A program made the position numbers and the translations under genes. Source: Laetmonice hystrix (taxonomy: Eukaryota). From it: a DNA stretch of 64,000 bases. The notes under the pieces were generated by a model, which ran no database searches, was not told the DNA's origin, and was given only the letters and a program-made list of their open reading frames with translations. The DNA lies in contig OZ249436.1 in assembly GCA_965235115.1 (NCBI GenBank), positions 6,512,001 through 6,576,000 on the forward strand, written 5' to 3'. Shown piece after piece: positions 1-12,844 of this stretch. Within the stretch, counting starts at the first letter, position 1. Each line of letters begins with the position of its first letter.

Positions 1-331
1 ATGTCTGTTACGTTGAGAACTGAGAATGTGATTTTATCAAATTGATACCGTGGGGTTTCATGTGAATGTCTGTTACGTTGAGAACTGAGAATGTGATTTT
101 ATCAAATTAATACCGTGGGGTTTCATGTGAATGTCTGTTACGTTGAGAACTGAGAATGTGATTTTATCAAATTGATACTGTGGGGTTTCATGTGAATGTC
201 TGTTACGTTGAGAACTGAGAATGTGATTTTATCAAATTGATACCGTGGGGTTTCATGTGAATGTCTGTTACGTTGAGAACTGAGAATGCGATTTTATCAA
301 ATTGATACCGTGGGGTTTTATGTGAATGTCT
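1..331. repeat. 65-bp minisatellite, ~5 copies, truncated by the window start
   Basis: Unit ATGTCTGTTACGTTGAGAACTGAGAATGTGATTTTATCAAATTGATACCGTGGGGTTTCATGTGA recurs at 1, 66, 131, 196 and 261. Confidence 0.97.
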
Positions 332-1385
332 CTTACCTTGGCCGCCATGGCCCTAACGTGAACAAACTTGAAATAATTGGTTCCCCTTTCTGTCTAGAAA
401 CAATAAAAACACAGTTTGAAGCAGATTTGACGTAAGATAAAAATACTGAGATCTTTGTCATATAACATGGTGCGTGCCTCTGTCGCCGTCCTGAATACTG
501 ATTGAGAAATTTACATACTTTGGTGACACTGTCCTGCCACGGTGACACATGCAACGGAAGATGGAGCGTGTGAACACTACTGGTACGAATAAAGAAAAGT
601 GAGGGGGTTAAATTTCATCTCAATCTTCCTCGCCTTTCGATCCTCTTATGCATTATTCATAAACGTAACTGAATGGTTTTCTGGCCAGTGATCACAAACA
701 TTCCCGCTGACCTGGAGGCCGAATTCGCAGTCAAAGAAATTGGTACTGTAATCTCATAAGTCGCACCTTGAGAGCGGTCCTGTTAATTGTTATAACTTCT
801 AAACGGCTGGAGCTGGAGTCAGGCATAATTCGATTGACCTAGAGTACCGGTATTTGTAAAAAATACAAACTTATTTCATTACCCCAGATTGTAAAGTTGC
901 GAACTAAAGGAACCTAGCGTAAGAATGTAATGTTAAAGATTGGGTATTTGTAAATGTGTCATTTGATCTTTTCTTGCTAATATTTAATAAGGTTTTGGTA
1001 AAGAGGTATTTTTTCAACTTTCTTTATTCATTTACCTTTTATTTTCAAACGTCGCTCCCATTCCCTTGGGTTCGGATGTTACCTTTAGCAATGACGTTAA
1101 CGTTGAAACAGATTTGGATGATTTTGTTAAGATTCAAACAGGATTTTGATGGATATTAATTTTCTAAAAAGAGATTTCTCAGATTTAATTGATTTTTTTA
1201 AGTTGCTTCTTTCGACTTTTCTCTTTCACAAATCCCCATTAATGAGCACTTGTTCGGTAAGCTTAAAGATGCCCAGGGTAATGTTACAGAATTGTATTTT
1301 CTCTGCCAACCTTTTGTTTCATCTACAATTATTTCATTTTGAAGATATTATAAAGCAAATTATGGAATTGACGTCGCTCTGCCTT

Positions 1386-1776
1386 CCATCAACGAATTGA
1401 TGGTACAGGTTCCTGTAAATAACGGAATAACGGCCATCAGCGGATTGATGGTACAGATTCCTGTAAATAACGGAATAACGGCCAAGTATCAACGAATTGA
1501 TGGTACAGGTTGCTGTAAATAACGGAATAACGGCCATCAGCGGATTGATGGTACAGGTTCTTGTAAATAACGGAATAACGGCCATCAGCGGATTGATGGT
1601 ACAGGTTCCTGTAAATAACGGAATAACGGCCATCAGCGGATTGATAGTACAGGTTCTTGTAAATAACGGAATAACGGCCATCAGCGGATTGATGGTACAG
1701 GTTCCTGTAAATAACGGAATAACGGCCATCAGCGGATTGATGGTACAGGTTCCTGTAAATAACGGAATAACGGCCA
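1386..1776. repeat. 48-bp minisatellite, ~8 copies
   Basis: Unit CGGATTGATGGTACAGGTTCCTGTAAATAACGGAATAACGGCCATCAG; gives 16-aa periodicity in the ORF track. Confidence 0.97.
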
Positions 1777-2675
1777 AGTTTGGCGTCTATGGGACCAGGC
1801 CCCGGAGAGAAGCTGTGGAACTGTGAAACAGCACAATCTCGTGTCCATGGTGACAGACGCCACGTTTGACAACATCACAATTGATGAGGGGAAGCACTCA
1901 TGAAGGAAGGTCAAGGAGCTTGTTGACCCTGGAGGGGAAGACGTATTTCTGTAATCACTAGTAGATGTGAAAGGGTTGAGCTCCTGGGGTACCACCAACC
2001 ATCTAATGCGGTTTGTAACCAGTGAACCATAACGGCTTTGTCTTCGTGAGTGAGCAGACAAGCCAACCGTCAAATCCCGTCAGGCAGGCAGTCCGACAAT
2101 CCGGCCACACAAAGTACAGATCGGCACCTTAACACTGATCCACACATTCTCTCCATCCTTTCTTATCTACTCAGCCAAGAGTTTCTGGGTTAATTAAGGA
2201 GGCTTTGACCCGCTAAAGGTTAGCTACAATCAATCGTATGGCTTATCGGCACTGGTATCTTAAGTAAATTGCTCCAATATCCAACGTACACGTCTTCTGC
2301 AGATATTGAATGCAATTTCATGCGCGAAACAATTCCACTTTTTTTATCAAATAAAACAGGGAGAGGAAGCAAAATAATAACTTTGTTTATCTTGAAAATC
2401 AGTGGGTGTGTGCTAAATGAACAAAGATGCACCCAGGTAGAAAATGGTGGATAGTAGGCCTACTAGGAAATCATAAGAAGGTGGGAGTTCTGTTCCTTAA
2501 ATATTAATTTTGTCCACTGAAAGAAACTATTAAAGAACCTTCTTTTTACAAAAAATTAATGTTGGAAGGAAATGTAGTATGGGATGAAATGACTAATTGA
2601 GATCGATTATGCTATGCCGTTTTAAATATTGTGACCAGAGAACTCAAGCAGTGAGTTGTAATAGAGTTGTAAGAA

Positions 2676-2997
2676 AATAACATCCTTTGTATGAGTTTGG
2701 CCGATATGGTACTAGTCTGGACCTCGTAGTGTATGTAACAGAATAACGTCCTGTGAGTGAGTTTGGCCGATATGGTACTAGTCTGGACCTGGTAGTCTAT
2801 GTAACAGAATAACATCCTGTGAGTGAGTTTGGCCGATATGGTACTAGTCTGGACCTGGTAGTGTATGTAACAGAATAACGTCCTGTGAGTGAGTTTGGCC
2901 GATATGGTACTAGTCTGGACCTGGTAGTGTATGTAACAGAATAACATCCTTTGCATGAGTTTGGCCGATATGGTACGAGTCTGGACCTGGTAGTGTA
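2676..2997. repeat. 66-bp minisatellite, ~5 copies
   Basis: GAGTTTGGCCGATATGGTACTAGTCTGGACCTGGTAGTGTATGTAACAGAATAAC... repeats every 66 bp. Confidence 0.95.
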
Positions 2998-3917
2998 TTC
3001 CCCTAATGTGTAAATGGACTGGCATCACAGGATTGTCATAGATTGAATCTGTGACCTAGTTTTATTGCCCGGAGAAATCTGTCTTGTCGACGTGCGAGCA
3101 GTATTCCTTCCTGGTAGAATATGTTCTTGGTTTCCACCAATGGAGACGCTTCATCAGCAGGGCAACAATTATACACTGAGCTGACAGTGAATGGTGTATT
3201 TATCTAGATACGTTGTAGACTATGTGATTACAATGTATGTTGAACAAAACGCTTTTAACCCATTAACAAAAGAAGACATTGGAGGATATACAGGTTCTTA
3301 AACCACATAAATATGACCGTTAACCTGCCGTTAGATGGCGCTCACGACAAGCTATTTGCTTTCATTACTGTGGTCAGGTGTCCCGGGACATGAACTGTAA
3401 ATTTAAATCATTGTTAACAGCGGTCAGAAGGACGTGTATTGTCGGGAATTCTAGTTGATCGGGAGTAATATCATCTAATTGTTTGTGTCACATGTCTGGT
3501 CCGCCAAATGTAAACTAATAGCTGGTCGTACTTTCACAGCGACAGCTTCAAGTAGACCAGCCTCAGCCATATGGCATTTCTCATGTGAAACATCATTTCC
3601 AACATGTAGTGCCAAAAGGCTGGTAAAAAAACCTTTATTGTTTTATCGATTCTGTTGATGAGGAAATAGTTTCGCAGATAATGAGTAAATGTTGGCTATG
3701 TGATGCATCCCATGGTTGTCATGCAAGCCGGTAATAACATTAATGACTAGACACATCTAGTATGACTTGTCCCTATGTAACACGTATGGCGGATTACCGC
3801 TCGACCATATTGTCCCGTTTTTTAAGGTGTGGGGAATTGAATAGTTTTCCCTGTTTCTCAGAGAGACTGCCCAAAGTGTGTTGTCTGTGACGCCTGTATA
3901 TCTGCACTCGGTCGAAA

Positions 3918-4911
3918 AGGATGCGGTCATATGAGGGGCAATCCATCTTTTCCTGTTTGAGGGCCTGAGACAGCTTGTCCTGTCAGTCAATAGACGACCT
4001 GTGACACACTGGGTGTGTCATATGACGGGCAACCCATGTTTTCCTGTTTGAGGGTCTGAGACCAGCTTGCCCTGTCAATCAATAAGACGACCTGTGACAC
4101 ACTGGGTGGTAAAGGATGCAGTCATATGACGGGCAACCCATGTTTTCCTGTTTGAGGGCCTGAGTAAAGCTTGCCCTGTCAGTCAATAGACGACCTGTGA
4201 CACACTGGGTGGTAAAGGATGCGGTCATATGACGGGCAACCCATGTTTTCCTGTTTGAGGGCCTGAGTAAAGCTTGCCCTGTCAGTCAATAGACGACCTG
4301 TGACACACTGGGTGGTAAAGGATGTGGTCATATGACGGGCAACCCATGTTTTCCTGTTTGAGGGCCTGAGTAAAGCTTGCCCTGTCAGTCAATAGACGAC
4401 CTGTGACACACTGGGTGGTACAGGATGTTGTGATATGACGGGCAACCCATGTTTTCCTGTTTGAGGGCCTGAGACAGCTTGCCCTGCCAGTCAATAGACG
4501 ACCTGTGACACACTGGGTGGTAAAGGATGTGGTCATATGACGGGCAATCCATGTTTTCCTGTTTGAGGGCCTGCGACAGCTTGCCCTGTCAGTCAATAGA
4601 CGACCTGTGACACACTGGGTGGTAAAGGATGCGGTCATATGACGGGCAATCCATCTTTTTCTGTTTGAGGGCCTGAGACAGCTTGCCCTGTCAGTCAATA
4701 GACGACCTGTGACACACTGGGTGGTAAAGGATGCGGTCATATGACGGGCAATCCATCTTTTCCTGTTTGAGGGCCTGAGACAGCTTGCCCTGTCAGTCAA
4801 TAGACGACCTGTGACACACTGGGTGGTAAAGGATGCGGTCATATGACGGGCAATCCATCTTTTCCTGTTTGAGGGCCTGAGACAGCTTGCCCCGTCAGTC
4901 AATAAGACGAC
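3918..4911. repeat. 102-103-bp tandem repeat, ~9-10 copies
   Basis: AAGGATGCGGTCATATGACGGGCAAYCCAT...GACGACCTGTGACACACTGGGTGGT repeated; 34-aa periodicity in ORF 4282-4995. Confidence 0.96.
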
Positions 4912-5275
4912 TGAGTGAGACCCTGCGGCAGTTTGTGTGGGAGGGCTAGTAAAGGCCCTTCCTGTGTCTCCACAAGGACCGTTGGCGACGCCCACCTGCT
5001 GAATGTTTTACCATACAGACGCCCTTAACACAAGGTAATTCTGACCAACAGTCCCACCCTGGCGACAGGTAATCAGGAAAGGTGAGGGTTTGTCTCACAC
5101 GTGGTCTGACGGTTGCTGACACTGCTCATTACCCGGTCTAGGTGCCTGTCATGCCAACCGTCAGCCTCGGAGACAATGTCAAGTAATGGCATTCCATATC
5201 TTGGCACCTACCTGACACTGCAAGAGATTCGTGGAACCCTGACATTGTAAGAGACTGGAGAAATGGGAAACTTAA

Positions 5276-5800
5276 AGGGAGTCGTAAAATTCATTTTTTC
5301 GAGTTATGGCAGTCTTAGAAACATATGATTCGCATACCTTGGACTCCCAGTAACATCATGTGAGACTGTTATGGCCCAGCGACCAGTATTTAGTAAGGAA
5401 AATATGCCAAATCTCTCGCAAATACATAGCTCAGAATTAGCGAGGGGCCCACAGGATATTTGAGTTGGCCGCGGTCGTGCGATGATGACGCGTGATCACG
5501 TGACTTCCGGGTGTGGAAGGGAATCTCCCTCTAGTCTAGCATTGACCTAAATACCGCATGTACACCCGGAAGTCACGTGATCACGCGTCATCATCGCCCG
5601 ACCGCGGCCAACTCAAATATCCTGTGGGCCGCTCGCTAATTCTGAGCTACGTATTTGCGAGAGATTTGGCATATTTTCCTTACTAAATACTGGTCGCTGG
5701 GCCATAACAGTCTCACATGATGTTACTGGGAGTCCAAGGTATGCGAATCATATGTTTCTAAGACTGCCATAAATAAAAAAAATGAATTTTACGACTCCCT
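5276..5800. mobile_element. Foldback MITE (non-autonomous DNA transposon), Kolobok-like
   Basis: Near-perfect ~239-bp inverted arms (5276-5514 and 5562-5800) around a 47-bp spacer. TTAA flanks both ends (5272-5275, 5801-5804). Termini are AGGG...CCCT, matching the Kolobok pattern rather than piggyBac CCY...RGG. Confidence 0.9.
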
Positions 5801-7948
5801 TTAATGTGGGAGTTGCACTCAGACGGGTCAATTTATGGGTTGTTGTTGTCGGGCCACAATGTCCTATAAATGATTTCTATGAGGCTACCGTTTCAATTCG
5901 TTCTCTTCTATAGTGTATGGCCCGGTTCCATTCTCCCCCTGGGCCCTGCCTCATACAAACTGATGTGTCCTCTTCGGTGTTAATCTATATACGGCATACT
6001 TCATGTATGATATGTATGACATAAAAAAACACCTAATTTTTGTCCAGAGCACTGCATAATTTGTAGGCACACTAGCGCCCCCTAGTGACACACCAAGCAT
6101 GTCGATGTGCCTCTTCTTCAGTTCAGTAGGATTTGCCGTGGGAAATGACACTCAAATATAATCATTAATGTCACTGTCAGAGCGTGATGGTGAACACTTT
6201 AGAGAGAGCCTCATCACTGGAGTTGGCCAATAAAACCGTCAGCCTCCCAGGAATAACGACCACCTGTACGCCACCAACCATGTACATGTGGAAGGGTTGT
6301 CAAAAACTGCAATTCTATATTAGATTTTATCCATACAACTGCACGAGTTTGAATGAAGTCAGTATTAAAGATTAATATACAACCTTAATGGCATTGCTTG
6401 ACTTTTTTGGTAAAGATTACTAAGCATCCCTGGGGACACCATCAATATCTGTATGTAATTTAGTTCTTGACATATTGTGGTTCACTTCATTAAATAAACA
6501 AGAGATTATTACCTCTGTACAGTGGGAGTGACGCGTGTTCAGTGTAAAAGCGTGTCTGTGGGTTGAGCTCAGGAACATCACTTAATGAGGTATCCATGTA
6601 CACTAATCCACTAACCTAGTCCCCTAGGGTATCCTATTGATGTAAACTACTAAAGTAATATATTAACGTAGCATACTTACATAGGGCAACCATTCATTGG
6701 TTTTATCAGAGCATAGAGATAGAAATATTTGTGTTATTTGAGGGGGTGGGCAAAGTAGGTTTGATATTTATAACAACACAAAATATCGATCTTTATTAAA
6801 ATGTTAGTTTCAGAGTGGGTTGTGGCTATACAAGATCATGTAAATATATGAAGGCAGAAGATGAAGGTCCTGTGTTCTGGGTTCATGTAACGAGTTTAAT
6901 CTTTCGTATCACAGCAAGACTTGGAACAAGACTCCTCTTACATTACAGATATGTCATTATTGTGTGGCTTAGCCGCTTTTTTATATTCGCTTTGGCATTC
7001 CCGGAAAGTGCCAGTCAGTCCAACATGTACATGTTTTTTATTGGATTCTCTTTTTTATTCCCTGGATTTAAAAGAAAATCCAATAATGCGCGAAGACGTA
7101 CACGTAGATTGCTCCATGAGTGTGAAAAGACAGACTGCTGCATGGGTGTGAAATAACGGAGAAGTTTAATTAAAATCGTATCTAGTGACATTACTATTGA
7201 AAACCTATATGACACATAAAAAGTAGGGAGATATTCCATACTCAGTTACGGATGTGTTTTATTTAGTTGCATATCTGAGGACTTTATAACAACGTATCTG
7301 GCAACCAGACAAACAACATGGGCTAGTTATTTTGAAATGTTCGCAGCGTTCATAGACATTCAAGTTCGGTTTTTCCAATTTCCTCCTATGTATCGGGTGG
7401 GCATTAAAAAACTTGTCGAACTCTGACATGACATATTTCAAAGACCCTATGTCGCAAGCTTCTGAAAAAAGTTGTGTCTCAAGAATTGCTGTTGCCGACG
7501 CCGTTGTAATAATGTCCTACCTGGTTTTACTTTGACAACAGGTCAATGGGACACACGTTTAATTTGTGTCTCATGTAAGGACTATTTGAGATATCAACTG
7601 GAAAATGTCAACAGGTGTTAAGAATAGCCCAATGTCTACTCCCGGAAACCTTGTGACATTGGGTTTTTGGAATATGGAACCTCAATTTCAACAAGTTTTT
7701 TTATGCCCACCCTATTTAATGGATGTCTGTTCTTAAAGGCCCCTGTGCCATACGTTTGTACTTGGCGGCTTAGAATTTCAGAGAACATGAGGTGAAACGC
7801 ATCGATCAGTCTTCTCAGACGTGACGACCATGAAGTGTTTGGTTTTTATAACATCAAACATAAAAGAATCTAATTTGGTTTCCATGGAAATGGCGCGTGT
7901 TTGGATGTGTTGTAGCATGTCCTCTAGTTACCCCCTTTTATTGACCGC

Positions 7949-10900
7949 ACTGAGTGTGAACGCTGTGGTAGGAGGGTTCTCTTGACTGAGTGTGAACGCT
8001 GTGGTAGAAGGGTTCTCCTGACTGAGTGTGAACGCTGTGGTATGAGGGTTCTCTTGACTGAGTGTGAACGCTGTGGTAGGAGGGTTCTACTGACTGAGTG
8101 TGAACGCTGTGGTAGGAAGGTTCCCCTGACTGAGTGTGAACGCTGTGGTAGGAGGGTTTTCCTGACTGAGTGTGAACGCTGGGGAAGGAGGGTTCTCCTG
8201 ACTGAGTGTGAACGCTGTGGTAGGAGGGTTCCCCTGACTGAGTGTGAACGCTGTGGTAGGAGGGTTCCCCTGACTGAGTGTGAACGCTGTAGTAGGAGGG
8301 TTCTCCTGACTGAGTGTGAACGCTGGGGAAGGAGGGTTCTCCTGACTGAGTGTGAACGCTGTGGTAGGAGAGTGTGAACGCTGTGGTAGGTTCCCCTGAC
8401 TGAGTGTGAACGCTGTGGTAGGTTCCACTGACTGAGTGTGAACGCTGTGGTAGGAGGGTTCTCCTGACTGAGTGTGAACGCTGTGGTAGGAGGGTTCTCC
8501 TGACTGAGTGTGAACGCTGTGGTAGGAGGGTTCCCCTGACTGAGTGTGAACGCTGTGGTAGGAAGGTTCCCCTGACTGAGTGTGAACGCTGTGGTAGGAG
8601 GGTTCCCCTGACTGAGTGTGAACGCTGTGGTAGGAGGGTTCTCCTGACTGAGTGTGAACGCTGTGGTAGGAAGGTTCTCCTGACTGAGTGTGAACGCTGT
8701 GGTATGAGAGTTCCCCTGACTGAGTGTGAACGCTGTGGTAGGAGGGTTCTCCTGACTGAGTGTGAACGCTGTGGTAGGAAGGTTCTCCTGACTGAGTGTG
8801 AACGCTGTGGTAGGAAGGTTCCCCTGACTGAGTGTGAACGCTGTGGTAGGAGGGTTCTCCTGACTGAGTGTGAACGCTGTGGTAGGAAGGTTCCCCTGAC
8901 TGAGTGTGAACGCTGTAGTAGGAGGGTTCTCCTGACTGAGTGTGAACGCTGTGGTAGAAGGGTTCTCCTGACTGAGTGTGAACGCTGTGGTAGGAGGGTT
9001 CTCCTGACTGAGTGTGAACGCTGTGGTAGGAGGGTTCTCCTGACTGAGTGTGAACGCTGTGGTAGGAGGGTTCCCCTGACTGAGTGTGAACGCTGTGGTA
9101 GGAGGGTTCTCCTGACTGAGTGTGAACGCTGTGGTAGGAGGGTTCTCCTGACTGAGTGTGAACGCTGTGGTAGGAGGGTTCCCCTGACTGAGTGTGAACG
9201 CTGTGGTATGAGAGTTCCCCTGACTGAGTGTGAACGCTGTGGTAGAAGGGTTCTCCTGACTGAGTGTGAACGCTGTGGTAGGAGGGTTCTCCTGACTGAG
9301 TGTGAACGCTGTGGTAGGAGGGTTCTCCTGACTGAGTGTGAACGCTGTGGTAGGAGGGTTCCCCTGACTGAGTGTGAACGCTGTGGTAGGAAGGTTCCCC
9401 TGACTGAGTGTGAACGCTGTGGTAGGAAGGTTCTCCTGACTGAGTGTGAACGCTGTGGTAGGAAGGTTCCCCTGACTGAGTGTGAACGCTGTGGTAGGAA
9501 GGTTCTCCTGACTGAGTGTGAACGCTGTGGTAGGAAGGTTCCCCTGACTGAGTGTGAACGCTGTGGTAGGAAGGTTCTCCTGACTGAGTGTGAACGCTGT
9601 GGTAGGAGGGTTCTCCTGACTGAGTGTGAACGCTGTGGTAGGAAGGTTCCCCTGACTGAGTGTGAACGCTGTAGTAGGAGGGTTCTCCTGACTGAGTGTG
9701 AACGCTGTGGTAGAAGGGTTCTCCTGACTGAGTGTGAACGCTGTGGTAGGAGGGTTCTCCTGACTGAGTGTGAACGCTGTGGTAGGAGGGTTCTCCTGAC
9801 TGAGTGTGAACGCTGTGGTAGGAGGGTTCCCCTGACTGAGTGTGAACGCTGTGGTAGGAGGGTTCTCCTGACTGAGTGTGAACGCTGTGGTAGGAGGGTT
9901 CTCCTGACTGAGTGTGAACGCTGTGGTAGGAGGGTTCTCCTGACTGAGTGTGAACGCTGTGGTAGGAGGGTTCCTCTGACTGAGTGTGAACGCTGTGGTA
10001 GGAGGGTCCTCATGACTGAGTGTGAACGCTGTGGTAGGAGGGTTCCCCTGACTGAGTGTGAACGCTGTGGTATGAGAGTTCCCCTGACTGAGTGTGAACG
10101 CTGTGGTAGGAGGGTTCTCCTGACTGAGTGTGAACGCTGTGGTAGGAGGGTTCCCCTGACTGAGTGTGAACGCTGTGGTAGGAAGGTTCCCCTGACTGAG
10201 TGTGAACGCTGTGGTAGGAGGGTTCCCCTGACTGAGTGTGAACGCTGTGGTAGGAGGGTTCCCCTGACTGAGTGTGAACGCTGTGGTAGGAGGGTTCTCC
10301 TGACTGAGTGTGAACGCTGTGGTAGGAGGGTTCTCCTGACTGAGTGTGAACGCTGTAGGAGGAGGGTTCCCCTGACTGAGTGTGAACGCTGTGGTAGGAG
10401 GGTTCCCCTGACTGAGTGTGAACGCTGTGGTAGGAGGGTTCTTTTGACTGAGTGTGAACGCTGTGGTAGGAGGGTTCCCCTGACTGAGTGTGAACGCTGT
10501 GGTAGGAGGGTTCTCCTGACTGAGTGTGAACGCTGTGGTAGGAAGGTTCCCCTGACTGAGTGTGAACGCTGTAGTAGGAGGGTTCTCCTGACTGAGTGTG
10601 AACGCTGTGGTAGAAGGGTTCTCCTGACTGAGTGTGAACGCTGTGGTAGGAGGGTTCTCCTGACTGAGTGTGAACGCTGTGGTAGGAGGGTTCTCCTGAC
10701 TGAGTGTGAACGCTGTGGTAGGAGGGTTCCCCTGACTGAGTGTGAACGCTGTGGTAGGAGGGTTCTCCTGACTGAGTGTGAACGCTGTGGTAGAAGGGTT
10801 CTCCTGACTGAGTGTGAACGCTGTGGTAGGAGGGTTCTCCTGACTGAGTGTGAACGCTGTGGTAGGAGGGTTCTCCTGACTGAGTGTGAACGCTGTGGTA

Positions 10901-11720
10901 GGAGGGTTCTCCTGACTGAGTGTGAACGCTGTGGTAGGAGGGTTCCCCTGACTGAGTGTGAACGCTGTGGTAGGAAGGTTCCCCTGACTGAGTGTGAACG
11001 CTGTGGTAGGAGGGTTCCCCTGACTGAGTGTGAACGCTGTGGTAGGAGGGTTCCCCTGACTGAGTGTGAACGCTGTGGTAGGAGGGTTCTCCTGACTGAG
11101 TGTGAACGCTGTGGTAGGAGGGTTCTCCTGACTGAGTGTGAACGCTGTAGGAGGAGGGTTCCCCTGACTGAGTGTGAACGCTGTGGTAGGAGGGTTCCCC
11201 TGACTGAGTGTGAACGCTGTGGTAGGAGGGTTCTTTTGACTGAGTGTGAACGCTGTGGTAGGAGGGTTCCCCTGACTGAGTGTGAACGCTGTGGTAGGAG
11301 GGTTCTCCTGACTGAGTGTGAACGCTGTAGGAGGAGGGTTCCCCTGACTGAGTGTGAACGCTGTGGTAGGAAGGTTCTCCTGACTGAGTGTGAACGCTGT
11401 GGTAGGAGGGTTCTCCTGACTGAGTGTGAACGCTGTGGTAGGAGGGTTCTCCTGACTGAGTGTGAACGCTGTAGGAGGAGGGTTCCCCTGACTGAGTGTG
11501 AACGCTGTGGTAGGAGGGTTCCCCTGACTGAGTGTGAACGCTGTGGTAGGAGGGTTCTCTTGACTGAGTGTGAACGCTGTGGTAGGAGGGTTCCCCTGAC
11601 TGAGTGTGAACGCTGTGGTAGGAGGCCTGACTGAGTGTGAACGCTGTAGGAGGAGGGTTCTCCTGACTGAGTGTGAACGCTGTGGTAGGAGGGTTCCCCT
11701 GACTGAGTGTGAACGCTGTA
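7949..11720. repeat. 36-bp minisatellite, ~105 copies
   Basis: Unit CTGACTGAGTGTGAACGCTGTGGTAGGAGGGTTCYC; source of the 1276-aa and 976-aa repeat ORFs. Confidence 0.99.
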
Positions 11721-11735
11721 GAAGGAGAACATCAG

Positions 11736-11807
11736 GGAATCAGGTGTAGTCGGACGAGTGTAAACCATTATTCATGGTAATTAATGACCGTCACTACACC
11801 TGATTCC
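11736..11807. repeat. 15-bp perfect inverted repeat (hairpin) next to the 36-bp array
   Basis: GGAATCAGGTGTAGT (11736-11750) and ACTACACCTGATTCC (11793-11807), separated by 42 bp. Confidence 0.85.
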
Positions 11808-12844
11808 GAAAGGACGGATTTACCTGGCTTGCCGTAGTAGCCCTGGCTTATCTATGTTGATCTCACCTGATGGATCATTCTGTAGGAACTGTGGCGCTGT
11901 CACCTTGTTAATGATGGCCGCCGTCAGTGCAGTAGGAAGGTGGCTGGGCTGTGGCAGGCAAGGTAAACTTGGCGGCGTTGACAAGTGGCGGCAAGCACCA
12001 CGGTGATTACACAGTCCGTGGTGGTGCGGTTCATCTGCTCCGTCCTGGCAAGGTTGACAGCGAGGGCTTGGTGCCAATCTTGTTGTGGCACTAATCCCTT
12101 GGCAAGGATCATCACTGAAAGATTCAGAGCTGACACTAAGCAAGATTTACTTCCATGTTTGCCTGCGGTAATAGCTGAATTGACTATTTCCTGGCTGTGG
12201 CTGACCGTAAGATTGACCCCTTGTAGACTCTAGATAGGCCTGCCCTGACCTTTTAAGGCATTGCGTGAGATGGGGCGCCGTCTTAGAGTCCAGGGAAATA
12301 AATGAAAATATATTAATGGCCATACCCTTATAATCTGGCTGGAAAGAAATTATGGATACGAATTCTGGCTTCTACTATGGCATGACTGTATGTCCTGGAA
12401 GTAAAGGTCATCTCGCCCAAAAATTGTTTATCTGCCTGAAGCGTACGGGTCTGAGTTTCTTACAGCAGCATGGCTGGTGCTGACAAATGGGAGTCCATCT
12501 ATTCCAATACTGTGGTGCCGGTGGTAATGGCGTCTGGCTAAAATGAGTCCCAGTTATAAATTCTCAAACCACGACTTACGCGAACGCCTACGCCAGAATG
12601 AATGAAGGTGGCTGGGCAGCTGCGTCGAAAATTTTCGGAAAGTGAAATGGGTTAAAAACGTGTTTACTTCAAAGAGTCGTTCATTGCGGTAATCCTGAAA
12701 TATTAATGATGGATCATAAAATCCTATGAGAAAAAATAGAGACAATGATAGGCTCGCTGTAGTTTGTAAGGGTCCAGTTGTCGCTGTTTATTACGAGGTT
12801 TTTACTTAATATTTATCGTCCTTTACTTTGTCTTCCTCCTCTTT

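Noticed and set aside
7733..7750. TTAAAGGCCCCTGTGCC as the left end of another Kolobok-like element enclosing the 36-bp array
   Set aside because: I found no matching inverted right end in the window.
7938..11768. 1276-aa (-) and 976-aa (+) ORFs as real genes (CxxC/zinc-finger-like repeats)
   Set aside because: They lie almost entirely within a 36-bp minisatellite, are open on both strands, have essentially no unique domain, and irregular short units near 8370-8430 shift the frame.
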